Of a DNA stretch of 64,000 bases, positions 1-13,745 are shown piece after piece. Within the stretch, counting starts at the first letter, position 1. Each line of letters opens with the position of its first letter. The DNA is from the human T2T-CHM13v2.0 reference genome, Homo sapiens. The position numbers and the translations under genes are program-made. The DNA lies in the NCBI RefSeq assembly GCF_009914755.1, contig NC_060947.1; one strand, written 5' to 3'. Under the pieces are notes generated by a model, which saw nothing but the letters and a program-made list of their open reading frames with translations, did not search any database and had not been told where the DNA came from.

Positions 1-102
1 GGTATGGAGACAAACTATTTCTACTATGCCTTGAATTTCTGACCCACCAAATCCATGAGATAATAAATGATTATTGACATTTTGAACCACTAAGTATAGG
101 GT

Positions 103-364
103 CTTCTTACTGCTTCATCTCATGGCAGATGGCAGAAGAGCAAGCAAGCACAAGAGAGTGCAAGAGAGCAAGGGGGGGCCAAACCTTGCTTTTAGAACAA
201 GCTCACTTTCACAATAACTTACCAATTTCAGCAATAATAATATTAATGTATTAATGAGGGTGAAGCCCTCATGACCTAACCACCTCTTAAAGGTCCCATC
301 TCCCAACATAGTGGGGATTAAGTTTCCACCACGTGAACTTTAAGGGACACATTCAAACCACAGA
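103..364 (-). mobile_element. MaLR LTR fragment (MST-type)
   Basis: gccctcatgacctaaccacctcttaaaggtccc...gggacacattcaaacca is the reverse complement of an MST 5' end. Confidence 0.75.
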
Positions 365-393
365 AATCATAAAGAAAAGTACTGGTCTATAAG

Positions 394-710
<317 letters not shown>

Positions 711-714
711 CTAT

Positions 715-1345
715 TTGACTATGTAAAAAATTTTAAGTTCATATACATTAAAAAATCAATATATAAAAAATCTTAAGCATACTATGCTCTTCTATTGGAA
801 GAGCACAAACAAAATTGGGAAAATATCATTACTACCTATGAAGCAAAAAATATACATTTAATAAAGAGCTTTCACAAATAAAAAAAAAATTAAATTGAAA
901 TTAGCAAAGGCCATAAGGAGTAATTCACAAAATTGCAGAGCCAATTATTTTATTTTTAAGAAACTAACTTTTTTAGTAATAAAATGCACACTAAAATAAA
1001 AATGAGGTATATATCACCTTTTGTGTATCAAATTGACAAGAATTAAATAAGACTATGATATACCAAGTGTTGGTAAGTGTGGAAGCAACTGATACCCTCA
1101 AACACAGCTGTCCAGAGGATACATTTCATGACATTATATAAGGAAAAGTTATCTTTCATATCAAAAACTTTCAAATTTGACCCTTGATCTTCTGGGAATT
1201 TGTCCTAAGGAAATAATTATAAATTTTCCCAAAGATGGGTCTATAAATAGGTCCATTACATCATTTCTTATAGTAGCCAACTTTGGAAAAAAAAACTAAA
1301 TATCCAACAACAAAGAATTGGCTCAATAAATAAATGCTTTTATTT
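715..1345 (+). mobile_element. Ancient L1M (L1ME-like) fragment, continuing at ~2177-2490
   Basis: Degenerate L1 ORF2-end motifs (aaaatgcacactaaaataaaaatgagg, ttctgggaatttgtcctaaggaaataat). Confidence 0.6.
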
Positions 1346-1419
1346 TTGTTTCTTTTTTTTAAGTAATCTAAAGAACACTTAAATTTTAGTAGTAATACTA
1401 TTTCTTAATAGATATTAAA

Positions 1420-2176
1420 TTTTTTTATTATACTTTAAGTTCTAGGGTACATGTGCACAATGGGCAGGTTTGTTACATATGTATACATGTGCCATGTTGG
1501 TTTGCTGCACCCATTAACTCATCATTTACATTAGGTATATCTCCTAATGCTATCCCTCCCCCCTCCCCCAACCCCATGACAGGCCCTGGTGTATGATGTT
1601 CCCCTTCCTGTGTCCAAGTGTTCTCATTGTTCAATTCCCACCTATGAGTGAGAACATGCGGTGTTTGGCTTTTTGTCCTTGTGATAGTTTGTTCAGAATG
1701 ATGGTTTCCGGCTTCATCCATGTCCCTACAAAGGACAGGAACTCATCATTTTTTATGGCTGCATAGTATTCCATGGTGTATATGTGCCACATTTTCTTAA
1801 TCCAGTCTATCATTGATGGACATTTGGGTTGGTTCCAAGTCTTTGCTATTGTGAATAGTGCCACAATAAACATATGTGTGCATGTGTCTTTATAGCAGCA
1901 TGATTTATAATCCTTTGGGTATATACCCAGTAATGGGATTGCTGTGTCAAATGGTATTTCTAGTTCTAGATCCTTGAGGAATCACCACACTGTCTTCCAC
2001 AATGGTTGAACTAGTTTACAGTCCCACCAACAGTGTAAAAGTGTTCCTATTTCTCCACATCCTCTCCAGCACCTGTTGTTTTCCTGACTTTTTAATGATC
2101 GCCATTCTAACTCGTGTGAGATGGTATCTCATTGTGGTTTTGATTTGCATTTCTCTGATGACCAGTGATGATGAGC
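1420..2176 (-). mobile_element. 5'-truncated L1PA (approx. PA4-7), 3' end
   Basis: ttattatactttaagttctagggtacatgtgcac terminus; ORF2 C-terminal peptide MFIVALFTIAKTWNQPKCPSMIDWIKKMWH. Confidence 0.95.
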
Positions 2177-2999
2177 AATAAATGCCTTTATTTAATGAGA
2201 TACATAGAAGCTATTAAAATATTTGTAAAAGAATAATTAACATGAAGAAATATGCATAATATGTAGTTTAATTTAAAAACATTGGAAAATAATATGTAGT
2301 TTGAATCCTTTGCTAAAAATTACATTCATGCACAATAAAAGGCAAGAAATATACACAGGCAAGAATGTCCACACTGGTTTTTTCTAGGTTCTGGGATTTT
2401 AGACTATTTTTAATGTCTTTTCTGCTTACCTGTATATTTCAGATTTTCTTGAATGAACATGTGCTGTTTTATAACCAGAAATTATAAATAAGTCACAATT
2501 AACTTTTAAAAAAGTCAAAAAAGAGAAACAAGCAGTCTTGTAGACTTCTTAATGTGTCTTACTGAAAATATGTTATCAACATGTGTTTGTCATGATACGC
2601 AGTGTCTCCTTCAGAAGAACACCCAGGAGAGATTCTTCTCCATTCTCGACAACAGTGGATGATAGTCACTATAGTCCTGAGAAGTTGACCTGTTTTTATC
2701 TGATGCACCCTATGAAGCATGTAAACTAGAAAGCTTGGAGACAACCTAAGTTCACTTCTGTAAAGAAGGGTATGAATCTATGTGACATGTGATTGTTCTA
2801 TTTTAGAACCTTGTCATCTTGCACTCTAATAGTGAGCTTAGTCTTTTCAGGAAAGATGCAAGATCTGTATAAAGTAATACGTACATCCACTAAGAGTCCT
2901 GAAGCAATAAGAGAATTTCCCAGAATGCAAAAACTGCAGTGAAGCGTCTGTGCTAGGCCTACAGGAGTATTCACTCCTTAAACAACTAGGAAGAGTAGG

Positions 3000-3070
3000 T
3001 AATTCATTAACTCAACTAACATTTGTTAAAGGTCTATATGTGCCAGACACTGTTCTAGGTGCTGAGCAAC
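3000..3070 (-). mobile_element. L2 3' fragment (probably resumes ~3500-3740)
   Basis: attcattaactcaactaacatttgtt...tatgtgccagacactgttctaggtgctg. Confidence 0.6.
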
Positions 3071-3132
3071 CATACACCTGTTTTGGTGAGAAAATTACCC
3101 AACTCCATTGGGTGAGAAAGTTACCCAACTCC

Positions 3133-3494
3133 TTTATGGGATGAATTCTGGCCCCTCCGTTTATATGTTGAAGTTCTAATCCACAGAACCTCAGAATGTG
3201 ACTGTATTTGGAGATAGAGTCTTTACAGAAGCAATTAAGTTAAAATGAGGTCACAAGGGTGGGCCCTAATCCAGTATGGGGAAATTTGGACACTAACACA
3301 CAAAGAGGGAAGATGATGCGAAGCCACAGGGAGAAGACCTACAAGCCAAGGAGAGAGGCCCCACAAGGAACTAACCCTGCTGACACCTTGATCTCAGACG
3401 TCCAGCCTTCAGAACTGTGAGACAATAAATCTTTGTTGTTTAAGTCACCCAGTCTGTGGTACTTTGTTGCAGCATCCCAAGCAAATTAATATAC
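3133..3494 (+). mobile_element. MLT1B-like MaLR solo LTR
   Basis: aacctcagaatgtgactgtatttggagatag...ccagccttcagaactgtgagacaataaat. Confidence 0.85.
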
Positions 3495-3852
3495 CTGCCA
3501 TCAAGGGAATAAGGGGCAAATAAGGAAACAAACAAATACACAATTACAAATTGTGAACTGCCCAGATCAAATACTCAGGAAAGGCTGCCCTGGGGAAGCA
3601 CAGATTAAGCTGTAGAAGGAACAGACCTGTGAAGAGTGGGAAGCATCCCAAGTAGAAAGGCAGCAGGCATGCAGGCCTAGGCAGGGAAGAACTGAGCTGG
3701 TTCCAGAAACCAAGAGTTAAATGAGGTTGAATCAGTTCTGTGAGGAGGCATTAGTGACAGACATCAGAACCCACTCTGACTCTTCTGTCAATTGTCTTTG
3801 AGCAGGTGTGGAGAAGAGTAATGAGTCCTCAGTACCGAATGTGTGCTCTGTT

Positions 3853-4232
3853 TGTATTAGTTCATTTTCACACCGCTATAAAGAATACCCGATACTGGGT
3901 AATATATTAAGGAAGGAGCCTTAATTGACTCACAGTTCTACGTGGCTGGGGAGGCTTCAGGAAACATAATCATGGTGGAAGGCAAAGGGGACGCAGGCAC
4001 CTTCCTCACAAGGCGGTAGGAGAGAGAGAGAGAACATTTGAAGAAGGAACTGTCAAACACTTATAAAACCATCAGATCTCATGAGAACTCACTCAATGTC
4101 ACGAGAACAGCATGGGGGAAACCACCCCCATGATCCAATCACCTCCCAATAGGTCCTTCCCTCGACACGTGGGGATTATGAGGATTACAATTTGAGATGA
4201 GATTTGGGTGGGAACACAGAGCCAAACCGTCA
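3853..4232 (-). mobile_element. THE1D/MSTA-like MaLR solo LTR
   Basis: tgtattagttcattttcacac...gggaacacagagccaaaccgtca; 5-bp TSD ctgtt/ctgtc. Confidence 0.9.
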
Positions 4233-6802
4233 CTGTCCTTCATTATTAACTCAATTTCTTGATAAAGTCTCCCATTATAGAAAGTCTTTTCAATCACAGA
4301 TGCATGAAGCCAGAAAGTCAGGTTATGAGAATAGAAAAACCTCCTTTCAGAATTCATCGCTAATTTTGGTAAGAGTGTGCTTCATGATACTCATTCTCTG
4401 TACAATTTTTCCAGCTCTTTCCCCCTTCCTAGAAGCTCTTGTTTTTCTTGGTGCCTCTAAAACTTCTAGGGCCCTACCTAATCTTGATGATATACATGAC
4501 TGTGTGGCAGTCACCAACTCAGCTCTTAACATGAAGAAAGCAGGCAGAAAAACTGACTCCATGGCAGTGCAAACCTTCATCCATATGTTTATTTATTTAT
4601 ATTTATTATATATTTATTCTCTGTGTGTCCCCACAGTCATCCATTAATCAGTAAGCTTCACACATTCAATTACACATAGCCCCCCCTTTCTGTCACTGAG
4701 GACTCACTTCCTTGTCTTGCTCTGAGGTGTATCTCCCAATAACTCTGTGGAGTGGTTATCCAACTCTTGGGCAGGCAGGTACTTGACTCAGCTTTAGTGA
4801 TGTCCTCTGACTCAAAGCAAGGTTTTATTCCTATCGCCAAGTTCCAAAAATGCTTATTTAGCTAGCAGCAAACATCCACCATGCAGTTACTTCAAAATCA
4901 ATGTTATTTAAGATTCTATCACATACCAAACTGATCATTCAGTAAGTAAATTAAAATAGACTGGGCACTTTAAAGCTGTAGATTTTTATAACTCATGATT
5001 TTGAGCAGATTTTCTGTATTCACTTTATATACAGTACAAAGATGAGACTAAAATGGCTTCAAGACATTCATTCTAGTTGAACTAAACTCATTTTTAAAAA
5101 TAATCCAGTGCAAGTCACTTTTCAAATAAGTTGAACAAAAAGGAATTCTTTATAAAGAAAAAAAACTGATCTAAGAATATTATGAATATGCTACACAATT
5201 TAAAATGTAATATTGCAGCTAGATTCTCTGCTAATCCTTTTGTGCATTTCTACTGTAGATATGTGGCCTTGAGAGCCAATCCAGAATACCAATAAATAAT
5301 GGTTGAGCACAGCTAATAGAACTGCCAGTTATAAGCATGGATTAAAGTATGGTTGATTTTGAACATTGTACCCTGCCAGTTTGTAATAGGATGCTAATAT
5401 TATTACTGCTTCTCATTCGCATGCTTATTCAGAATCTTACAGCCCCCATTTCCAGGTATAAGGTTAGAGATACAGAGCAGTGGCGACCGGTACCCATGGG
5501 AGGTGGAAGTGTCTTCTGGAAGTTTTCTGGGTCAGTGACCATTTTCCAACATGACTCCAGCATTTTTTTACCTTTCTCTGCCCACTCCTACAATCTCCAT
5601 TGTACTATATGTCAGCTCTATTGAGAAGTCCATAAACTCTGAAATATGCAACGATGTTAGTGGATGCCCTCCCAACACCAATATGTGGGAACTTTCAAAC
5701 TAATGCAATAGTCTTTTCTCAGTTAGTATTTGCTTTTACTTCTCTATAGCTTTTAATGCTTGGCCATTTCCTCCTTGAGACCCTTTCCTCCCCCAGCTTC
5801 TGTAACACCACATTGCTACAGCCATCCTTCTAAAATTATAAACATCCCCTCCATGGACACACCTTGTATATTCCCATTTCTGTAGTTCAATGTGGAATCC
5901 ATTACATGTTTCTTTCCACTGATTTACATATTACAAATCAATCAGTGCCCCCTCCTCTTTGACAACTCCTCAGACCATCCCATATTGATCTGATCTGCCA
6001 CTGACTGAAGAGTTTTTATACCGTTTTAGTCAATAATCAAATATTGCTCTGTGACATTTCTTGTAATGTAGCCTTATATTTTAGTTAATTCTTATACCCT
6101 TCTTATAGGGAGAAATTCTTACACCTTCTGAAAGACAGAGTGAGAAAGAGAGGTAAACAATTTGAAATGTGACCTGAGGATCTTTTCCTTGCTCTTCCTT
6201 GTACACACTGCTCTTCTCCCCTTTCAGTCATAGTTATCATCAATTAAGGGAAGAAAGAATTGTTACAGCAGAGTAAAGAAAGCAAATGTACTCAGTTTTG
6301 GTTAACAGACTTCAAAATAGGCTTTTAAACTAGTGACAGAGACAATAGGTTGAGAGAAAAAGGGTTTAAATTCCAAGAGTCTAGTCTTTTTTCAGTTTTA
6401 AGTGCCAAGGAGACTCAGAACACAAAGTTTATGCTAAACTAAAGGCATGGAGTGTATGATTGGCTTGCGGAGGAGATAACAATGACCTGGACTGGGCAGA
6501 GGGAAGAAGAGTCAGCAAGGGAGGGGGCTTCTGTAGTGGATGACAGATGAGGACTGGAACATGTGCTCCCTTTCAAGGTGGAGAAAACTATAGCAAGCAA
6601 GCTCCCCATACCTTCTGCCGTGTAGTGAGGACAGACAGATGACCATGGCTCATGAAGGTTGGGGATGTCCAAGCAGAAAAACCTAAAGGAGACTCCAAGA
6701 GCCTCCATGTGCTCCAGCATGGCAGAAAAAGCAACTCAGGTCTCCCTAAGCATAGGTACAGCCAAGAAAGCCAAGAGAACAATGATGGAACTTGAGTATT
6801 CT

Positions 6803-7091
6803 TTTTTTTTGGAGACGGAGTCTCGCTCTGTCGCCCAGGCTGTAGTGCAGTGGCGGGATCTCCGCTCACTGCAAACTCCACCCCTGCGTTCATTCCATTC
6901 TCCTGCCTCAGCCTCCCGAGTAGCTGGGACTACAGGCGCCTGCCACCAGACCCGGCTAATTTTTTGTATCTTTAGTAGAGACGGGGTTTCACCATGTTAG
7001 CCAGGATGGTCTCAATTTCCTGACCTTGTGATCCACCCGCCTCGGCCTCCCAAAGTGCTGGGATTACAGGCGTGAGCCACCACGCCCAGCC
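6803..7091 (-). mobile_element. Full-length AluY-like element
   Basis: Alu body; TSD aacttgagtattct at 6789-6802 and 7094-7107. Confidence 0.95.
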
Positions 7092-8167
7092 GAAACTTGA
7101 GTATTCTAAGCTCATCTAAGGATGAGACAAGAGACCAGCAGAGACCATTGGTCGAAAAACAGATGGAAATATCTGGGCAGGTACCAGCAAGCACAAATGC
7201 CAATGACATGCAGAGACCAGTGGGGGCAGGTCCATACTGGCTCCTCTGCTGAAGCTCTTTCCCTAAAACTTGCTTTATGCCAAGCCCGCTGGAACTTGGC
7301 TACCACCCTGAGAGACAAAGGCAGAAAGGGAACGCTTTGAAGTAAGCAACAAAACCTTGGATTGACTAAATTTATGTGGACTTAACTATAGTTAAGTTTC
7401 TTTTACAAGGCAAGATGGTAACTAGAGATAGCCAGATATGGAAAAGAGTTTTGGAAAACTGTAGTAGAAAATCAAATGAAGTTGCATGTTTTAAGCCTAA
7501 GGAAATTTATTCAGTATTATGCATCATCTCCCTGACTAAGACAGCTAGCTATCTTTTTTTTCTTACATTTAAGGTTTTCTTCTAAAGCTAGAAGACCTGG
7601 AGATGGCTAACAAATAATCACGGAATAACTGAATGATCATTCAATTAACTTCAAATTTAACATTAGTGGCTAATTTAAGATTTAAAAAACAATGGCCTGA
7701 AGTTTAGCATTTCACTCAAAGATTGAAGGCTACATTTAAAAACTAATCGATCACTCTTCTTCCTACAACACATTTATTATTTAGCCCAAGAAATAAGTTT
7801 TGTGTTTCAGGGAGGTGAAAAGGTGTAATGTATGCTTAATAATGTCTTTTACTTTCATGAAAGTCATAATGTCAACCTTGGAGAGAAGAGAGGGACCCAA
7901 CTCCAAAGGGTTACCTTAGCACCCGTAAAGAAACATTCATTCAGTCCATCATCACAGTCATAAAGTGGAATGTGATGATGTAGAGGGGTAGGGGAAAAAA
8001 ACTCATGTAGATATCATTTGGGGGATAGAAAGTAATAATGCTAAAAGTAGAACTATAGAACAATTCTTTAGAAATTTGCTATGGATACTCTTCCCACATA
8101 AACTATCTCCGTTATAAAAACAAGGCTTTGAAGAACCTTTTAAAATGTCCCATTAAAAATCCAACAC

Positions 8168-8350
8168 AGGATTGTAACAAATGTACCTCTCTGGTACTGG
8201 ATGTTGATAGTGGGGGAGGTTGTACATGTGTGGGAACAAGAGGTGTATGGGAACTCTCTGTACTTTCCACTCAATTTTTCTGTAAACCTAATACTGCTCT
8301 AAAAACTAAAGTCTATTAAAAAAAACAAAAAAAGAAAACAAAAAAAAAAC
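8168..8350 (+). mobile_element. Old L1M (MC/MD-type) 3' end with A tail
   Basis: tgtaacaaatgtacc...gggaactctctgtacttt...aaacctaatactgctctaaaa followed by polyA. Confidence 0.75.
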
Positions 8351-8359
8351 TACCATACT

Positions 8360-8590
8360 AAACTAAACCCGTAGAGACAGAAAGCAGATTGGTGGTTGCC
8401 AGGGGCTTACAGGAGATAGAAATGAAGAGTGGTTGCTTAATGGGTATGGGGTTTTATTTTGGGGTCATGAACATGTTTTGGAACTAGATCGAGCTGGTGG
8501 CTGCACAACATTGCACTACATGCCACTGGATTGTTCATGCTAAAATCATTAATTTCATGTGATGTGAATTTCACCTCAATTTTTAAAAAG
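8360..8590 (+). mobile_element. L1MB-type 3' UTR fragment
   Basis: gagacagaaagcagattggtggttgccagggg...tgtgaatttcacctcaat. Confidence 0.75.
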
Positions 8591-8766
8591 CCACCATACA
8601 ATAGATGAGCTTCTTCAAAAATACATTGCAAAGAATTATAGTCTCCCAACGTGGTCCTGAAAAAAGGACTTTTGCGATCCAATTTGTTTTGAAGCAGCGC
8701 CCATGTATCTTCTTGGTGATGCCTTCTTGGCATTAGCAAATATACAGAGCAAAAGCTCTGAGGGGC

Positions 8767-9193
8767 TGTGATGGTTAATTTTATGGTCAGCTTGACTGGG
8801 GCTGTGGTAGTGCCCAGATTAAACATTGTTTCTGGGTGTGTCTATGAAGAGGTTTCAGGATGAGATTAGTATTTGAATTGGTGAACTCATTAAAGTAGAT
8901 GGCCCTCTCCTATGTGCATGGGCATTACCCAATCCCCCGAGGGCCTGAAAAGAACACACAGCTGAAGGAGGAACCCACCCCTTTCCTGTCACATTGCAAG
9001 ATCTGGGACATCTCATCTCCTCTTTTCTTGCTCTCAGACAGGGATTTACATCATTGGCTCCCCTAGTTCTCAGACCTTTGGACTTACTGGAATTAAACCA
9101 CTGGCTTTCCTGGGTCTCCATCTTACAGACAGCAGATTATGGGACATCTCAGCCTCCATAATTGCAGGAGTCAATTCCTTATAATAAATCTCC

Positions 9194-9235
<42 letters not shown>

Positions 9236-9270
9236 TATTGGTTCTTTTTCTCTGGAGAACCCTGACTAAG
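8767..9270 (+). mobile_element. MLT2 (ERVL) solo LTR with internal (TG)n
   Basis: tgtgatggttaattttatg start; (TG)n 9195-9233; cctattggttctttttctctggagaaccctgactaa end. Confidence 0.88.
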
Positions 9271-10689
9271 GCGGTAGTCTTGCAGTAAAGCTTTTGTTCA
9301 TACAAGGATCCTCACTACCCACTCTTTGCATCACACCTTATAACATCACACAGGGCACATTTTGGAAAATACTATTCTAGATCTTTCCATGCAAATAAAA
9401 CTCCAATCCATTTTTACTTTAACTGCTCAAAGAAAAAAAAAAGGTTTTTGCATGTAAACTTTCTTTTGATATTTGTTGAGAACAACTTATCCTTCAAGTA
9501 GAAACATGTTTTTTGATGAGGTCCTTTGATAAGTCTCAAGACAACAATAGGTGGCCTTAGTAAAGCCAATTGTAAATAAAGATGAGATGTTAGAGTAATA
9601 AAGACATAATACGACTCTTCAATACTACTCAGTTTGTAGTCAGGAGTGCCACACTAAGAAAACTTATTATCCCAGCTATGTATAGATCAGCTAGCCACAG
9701 AGTTTGAGATTTTATTCATTTGCACAAATTACATTTGCTATATACTTCAGAAAGTATGACACAGTATGTGGGCACATATAAAATACCCGACTTTTTAACA
9801 GCAGATATAAAGATGTTCAATACAATGGCAATTTAGTAAAATGAAATGGCCCAAGGCTATTTCTTCATTTCAAGTAAATACATCCTCATGAATCTTCACT
9901 CAGGCCATTTCTTAGATTCTAAAACTGTTGATTTAATAATAATTAACACTGATAAGAATATCTGTAGAATGGAATTGACTGTTTTAGGATTGAAGTCAGT
10001 TATTCTAGACCAGAGGTGGGATAAAACAGGTGTGGAACAGAGGAAAACGCATTTCCTTCTCCCAGAGACATGTATCAGAATCTTCTGGAGGCATGTTTAT
10101 TTAAAAATGAATTGTCAATATTATAATTACAGATTTTATTTTAGCCACACTCCTCATTAATCTACTTTGACTATGTAATCACAATTAAGAGGGTGTGGGA
10201 TTTTAGATTCCTCCATTGGAGGCATGCATCAGGAAAGGTGGAGAAGCATAAAGGGGCATGTTGTCTACAGACAGATTAAACCCAGACAGCACGTCTATTT
10301 CTTCACCACCCACACAACACGTACAGTTTCCTGAATGCCCATGTCCCAAATGTCCCAACAGTCTGGACTTCCCCGATCTGAGTGTGAGTGGGTGGGGTGT
10401 GAGAGTTCCAGGAAGCAGCATCCCAGGAGCCCATGCTCTGAGTCAGGCTTTCCCTGGAGGAGTATCTGGCTCTGTACTCCCAGAATTCCTGACTTTGGCA
10501 TCAGGAACCACCTGTCCTGCTCTTCTGACTTTCCTAAAAGTTATATTGCCCAGGCCAAAGAAATTATTATTGCCTCAAAGAACTGGGTTATAAAAACATT
10601 GGTAGTGTGTCTTCCTGCCTCGAAATGTCAACATGAGTGCATGCGCACACACACACACACACACACAAACACACAAAGACCTCGTTGGC

Positions 10690-11180
10690 CATGTTTGTAT
10701 TAGTTGATGCTAGCCTCTTGGCCACTAAAGATCGGACCAGGCCTGCATAATTGGCCCACCAGGACTACTTTCTTTCTCCAAGGAATTTCGAATTGAAGCT
10801 CAGAGGTCAGTGTGCTGGGAGCATGGATTGCAAACTAAGGAAAGGTTGGGCTGGAAATATCTTATTTGACCATGAATGCCTAAAGAAGCAGAGGAAGTCA
10901 CTCTGGAGAGAGAACGGGGGAAAGGAGAGGGAGACGAATAAAACAAATACATAGATTACAGTAGGTTCAAGAGAGCATGTGGCCCTAGAGGGGCAGGGAA
11001 GACCTGCTGTGCTTCTGATGGCTTTTCAGGTCCTAGTTCATAACCCTCTTGTATCCTGCCTTCATTTCCTGGTTTCTGAGACACTTCTGTATTGTTATAA
11101 TAAATCCTCCCCAAGCATTCTTGGTTTTCATCTAAAATACCTCATGGGCTTTTCTGTTACTTGCGGACAAAAGGCCTGTC
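10690..11180 (+). mobile_element. Old ERVL-type LTR remnant (LTR16/LTR33/MLT1-like)
   Basis: Degenerate LTR end: aataaatcctcc...ttttctgttacttgc. Confidence 0.4.
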
Positions 11181-11334
11181 ATGTAGATATATATACATTT
11201 ATTTTTAATCAGAGACGTTCCCCCATGACAACAACAATTTTGAAATTCTCAAGATTCTGTGGATCGACTGGGTGTTTTTCTGATCTATAGGATGTCAACT
11301 ACATTTAGCTCATGGGTGAGCTGCAGTGTTGACT

Positions 11335-12165
11335 CATATTAATTCTCTAATCCTGCTATAACAAGTTATCACAAATTTTGTGGCTTAAAAAACACAGATT
11401 TATCACCTAACAGTTCTGGAGGTCAGAAATCTGACACAGGTGATTCTGGTCTAAAATCAAGGTGTCAGCAAGGTGGCCTTCCCTTCCGCAGGAGAGAGAG
11501 GCTGCTCAAATTCCTTGGCTCATGACCTCCTTCCATTTTCAAAGCCAGTAATGGCTGGTCAAATCTTTCTCATTAAGCCATCTGGCTGGTTCTGACAGAG
11601 TCTCCTGCCTCTCTCTTTCCCTTATAACAGTCCTTATCCTACAATGGGTCCACCAAAATAATCCAGGATCACCTCTCCATCTCAAAGTCAGCTGATTAGC
11701 AACTCCAATCCCACCTGCAATCTTAATTCTGTTACATCAGGACCTGCTACATAATCTGCAAGGCCCAGTGCAAAAGGAAAATGTGAGGCCCTTTATTCAA
11801 AAAGGTGGGGGATCTTACTTTTTTGAGAATATCACTAAAGTTACTTTCTTATGTGGTGTCTCTCTTGAGTTGCCATAGCATTTTTTATTTGCAATTCGAT
11901 GTCATTCTAAATTTTCAAAAATTCTAAATTATTATATAAATTTTACTTTTTATATTGTGCAATAGCAGTTTTAAATGCACATATAGCAGCATCTAATTCA
12001 TATGTGAAATCACCATACTAATTCACATTTCACAGCTTGTTAAATGTATATGTATTTTCTTCTTACCAGAACAGTGGAAATGCTGCTCAAAATTAACATG
12101 TAATATAAAATATTCGCAGGTTCCAGGAATTAGGATGTGAACATCTTCATGGGCCATTATTCTCT
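11335..12165 (-). mobile_element. MLT1C-like LTR interrupted by a MER45 fragment; probably nested in an older MLT1 (~11230-12490)
   Basis: Both halves align with the uninterrupted copy at 17575-18111. Confidence 0.8.
11737..12096 (+). mobile_element. MER45B-like hAT-Tip100 left-end fragment
   Basis: caggacctgctacataatctgcaaggcccagtgcaaaaggaaaatg; colinear with the first ~385 bp of the copy at 24620. Confidence 0.75.
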
Positions 12166-13745
12166 TTAATGCAGCCAGAATACCTTGATTCTTCTCCACG
12201 TGGCTCACTCTTATTCTCCTATCAGCTTCCTGATGGCATAGTGATCTCAGAACAGTCAGGTCTTTTATATGGTGGTTGATTGGCGTCTTAGAGTGAACTT
12301 TCCAAGCAGAAAAGCCTCAATGTGCAAAGGTTTATCAAGCCTCTGCCTGTGTTGAGCTTGAGAATGTTCCATTGGCCAATAGAAGTCATATGATGAAGCC
12401 CAGGGTCACTGTGGAAAGGGACTTCATAGAGCAAGAATACCAGGAGGAAGCATTGATTATTCAAGGCCACTATTGGGACAGTTACCACAATCACAATTAG
12501 AATGTTCTTTCCAGTAAGCTTGCACATCATCCTCAAATGTCCAAAATTACAAAAGAGGGGGGCATTGTAAATGTTGCAAAATATTTACTGATTCAAATTG
12601 TCTCCATTTACTGATAGCATGATCTTATATATAGAAAACCCTAAAGACAATAGGGTTGATAAAAAAGTGTTAGAACTAATAAATGAATTCAGTGAAGTTG
12701 AAGGATTCAAAATAAATATGTAAAAATCATTAGCATTTCTATACACTTATAATGAACTATCCAAAAAAGTAATTAACAAAACAGCATCATTTATAATTGC
12801 AATAAAAATAAAATAAAATCTTAGGTATACATTTAACCAAGGAGGTGAAAGATGGAAAACTATAGAACATTGATTTTAAAAACTGAAGAAAACACAAATA
12901 AATGAAAACACACCCTGTGTTCATGGACTGGAAGAATTAATGTTGTTAAAATGTCCATAGTGTTCAAAATATCTAGATTCAATGCAATCTCTATCAAAAT
13001 TCCAATGTCATTTTTCACAGAAATAGAAAAAACAATCCTTAAATTCATAGAAACCACACAAGACTGAATAGCCAAAGCAGTCTTCGGCAAAAGGAACAAA
13101 GCTGGAGGCATCACACTCCCTGGTTTCAAAATATACTATAAAGTTATTGTAATCAAAAGAGTTATTGTAATCAAAACATGGTACAGGCATAAAAACAGAC
13201 ACATCAATCAATGGAAGATGATAGAAAGCCCAGAAACAAACCCACAACTTTACAGTCAAATGATTTTTGACAAAGGTGCCAAAACACACAATAAAGAAAG
13301 GACAGTCTTCAAAAAATGTTATTAGGTAACCTGGATATTCACATGCAGAAGAATGAAAGTGGATGCTCATCTCACATCATATACAAAAAAAAAACCTCAA
13401 AATGGATTAAAGACTTAAATATAAGACCTGAAACTGTAAAGCTACTAGCAGAACACATAGGTGAAAAGCTTCAATACATTGATCTGGGCAGTGATTTTTT
13501 TTGTATAGGTCCCCAAAAGCACAGGGAACAAAAGTGAAAATAGGCAAATAAGACTGCATCAAACTAAACAGCTTCTGCACAGCAAAGGCCACAATTAACA
13601 AAGTGATGAGACAACCCATGAGTGGGAGAAAATATTTGCAAACCATCCATCTGGTAAAGGGTTAATATACAAAATATCTAAAGCATTCATACAGCTCAAT
13701 GGCAAGAGACAAATAACCTGATTTTTTTTAAATGGACAAAGGACT

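Noticed and set aside
4204-4647. 147-aa ORF
   Set aside because: Non-ATG start inside an LTR, no recognisable domain, no splice support; consistent with a chance ORF.
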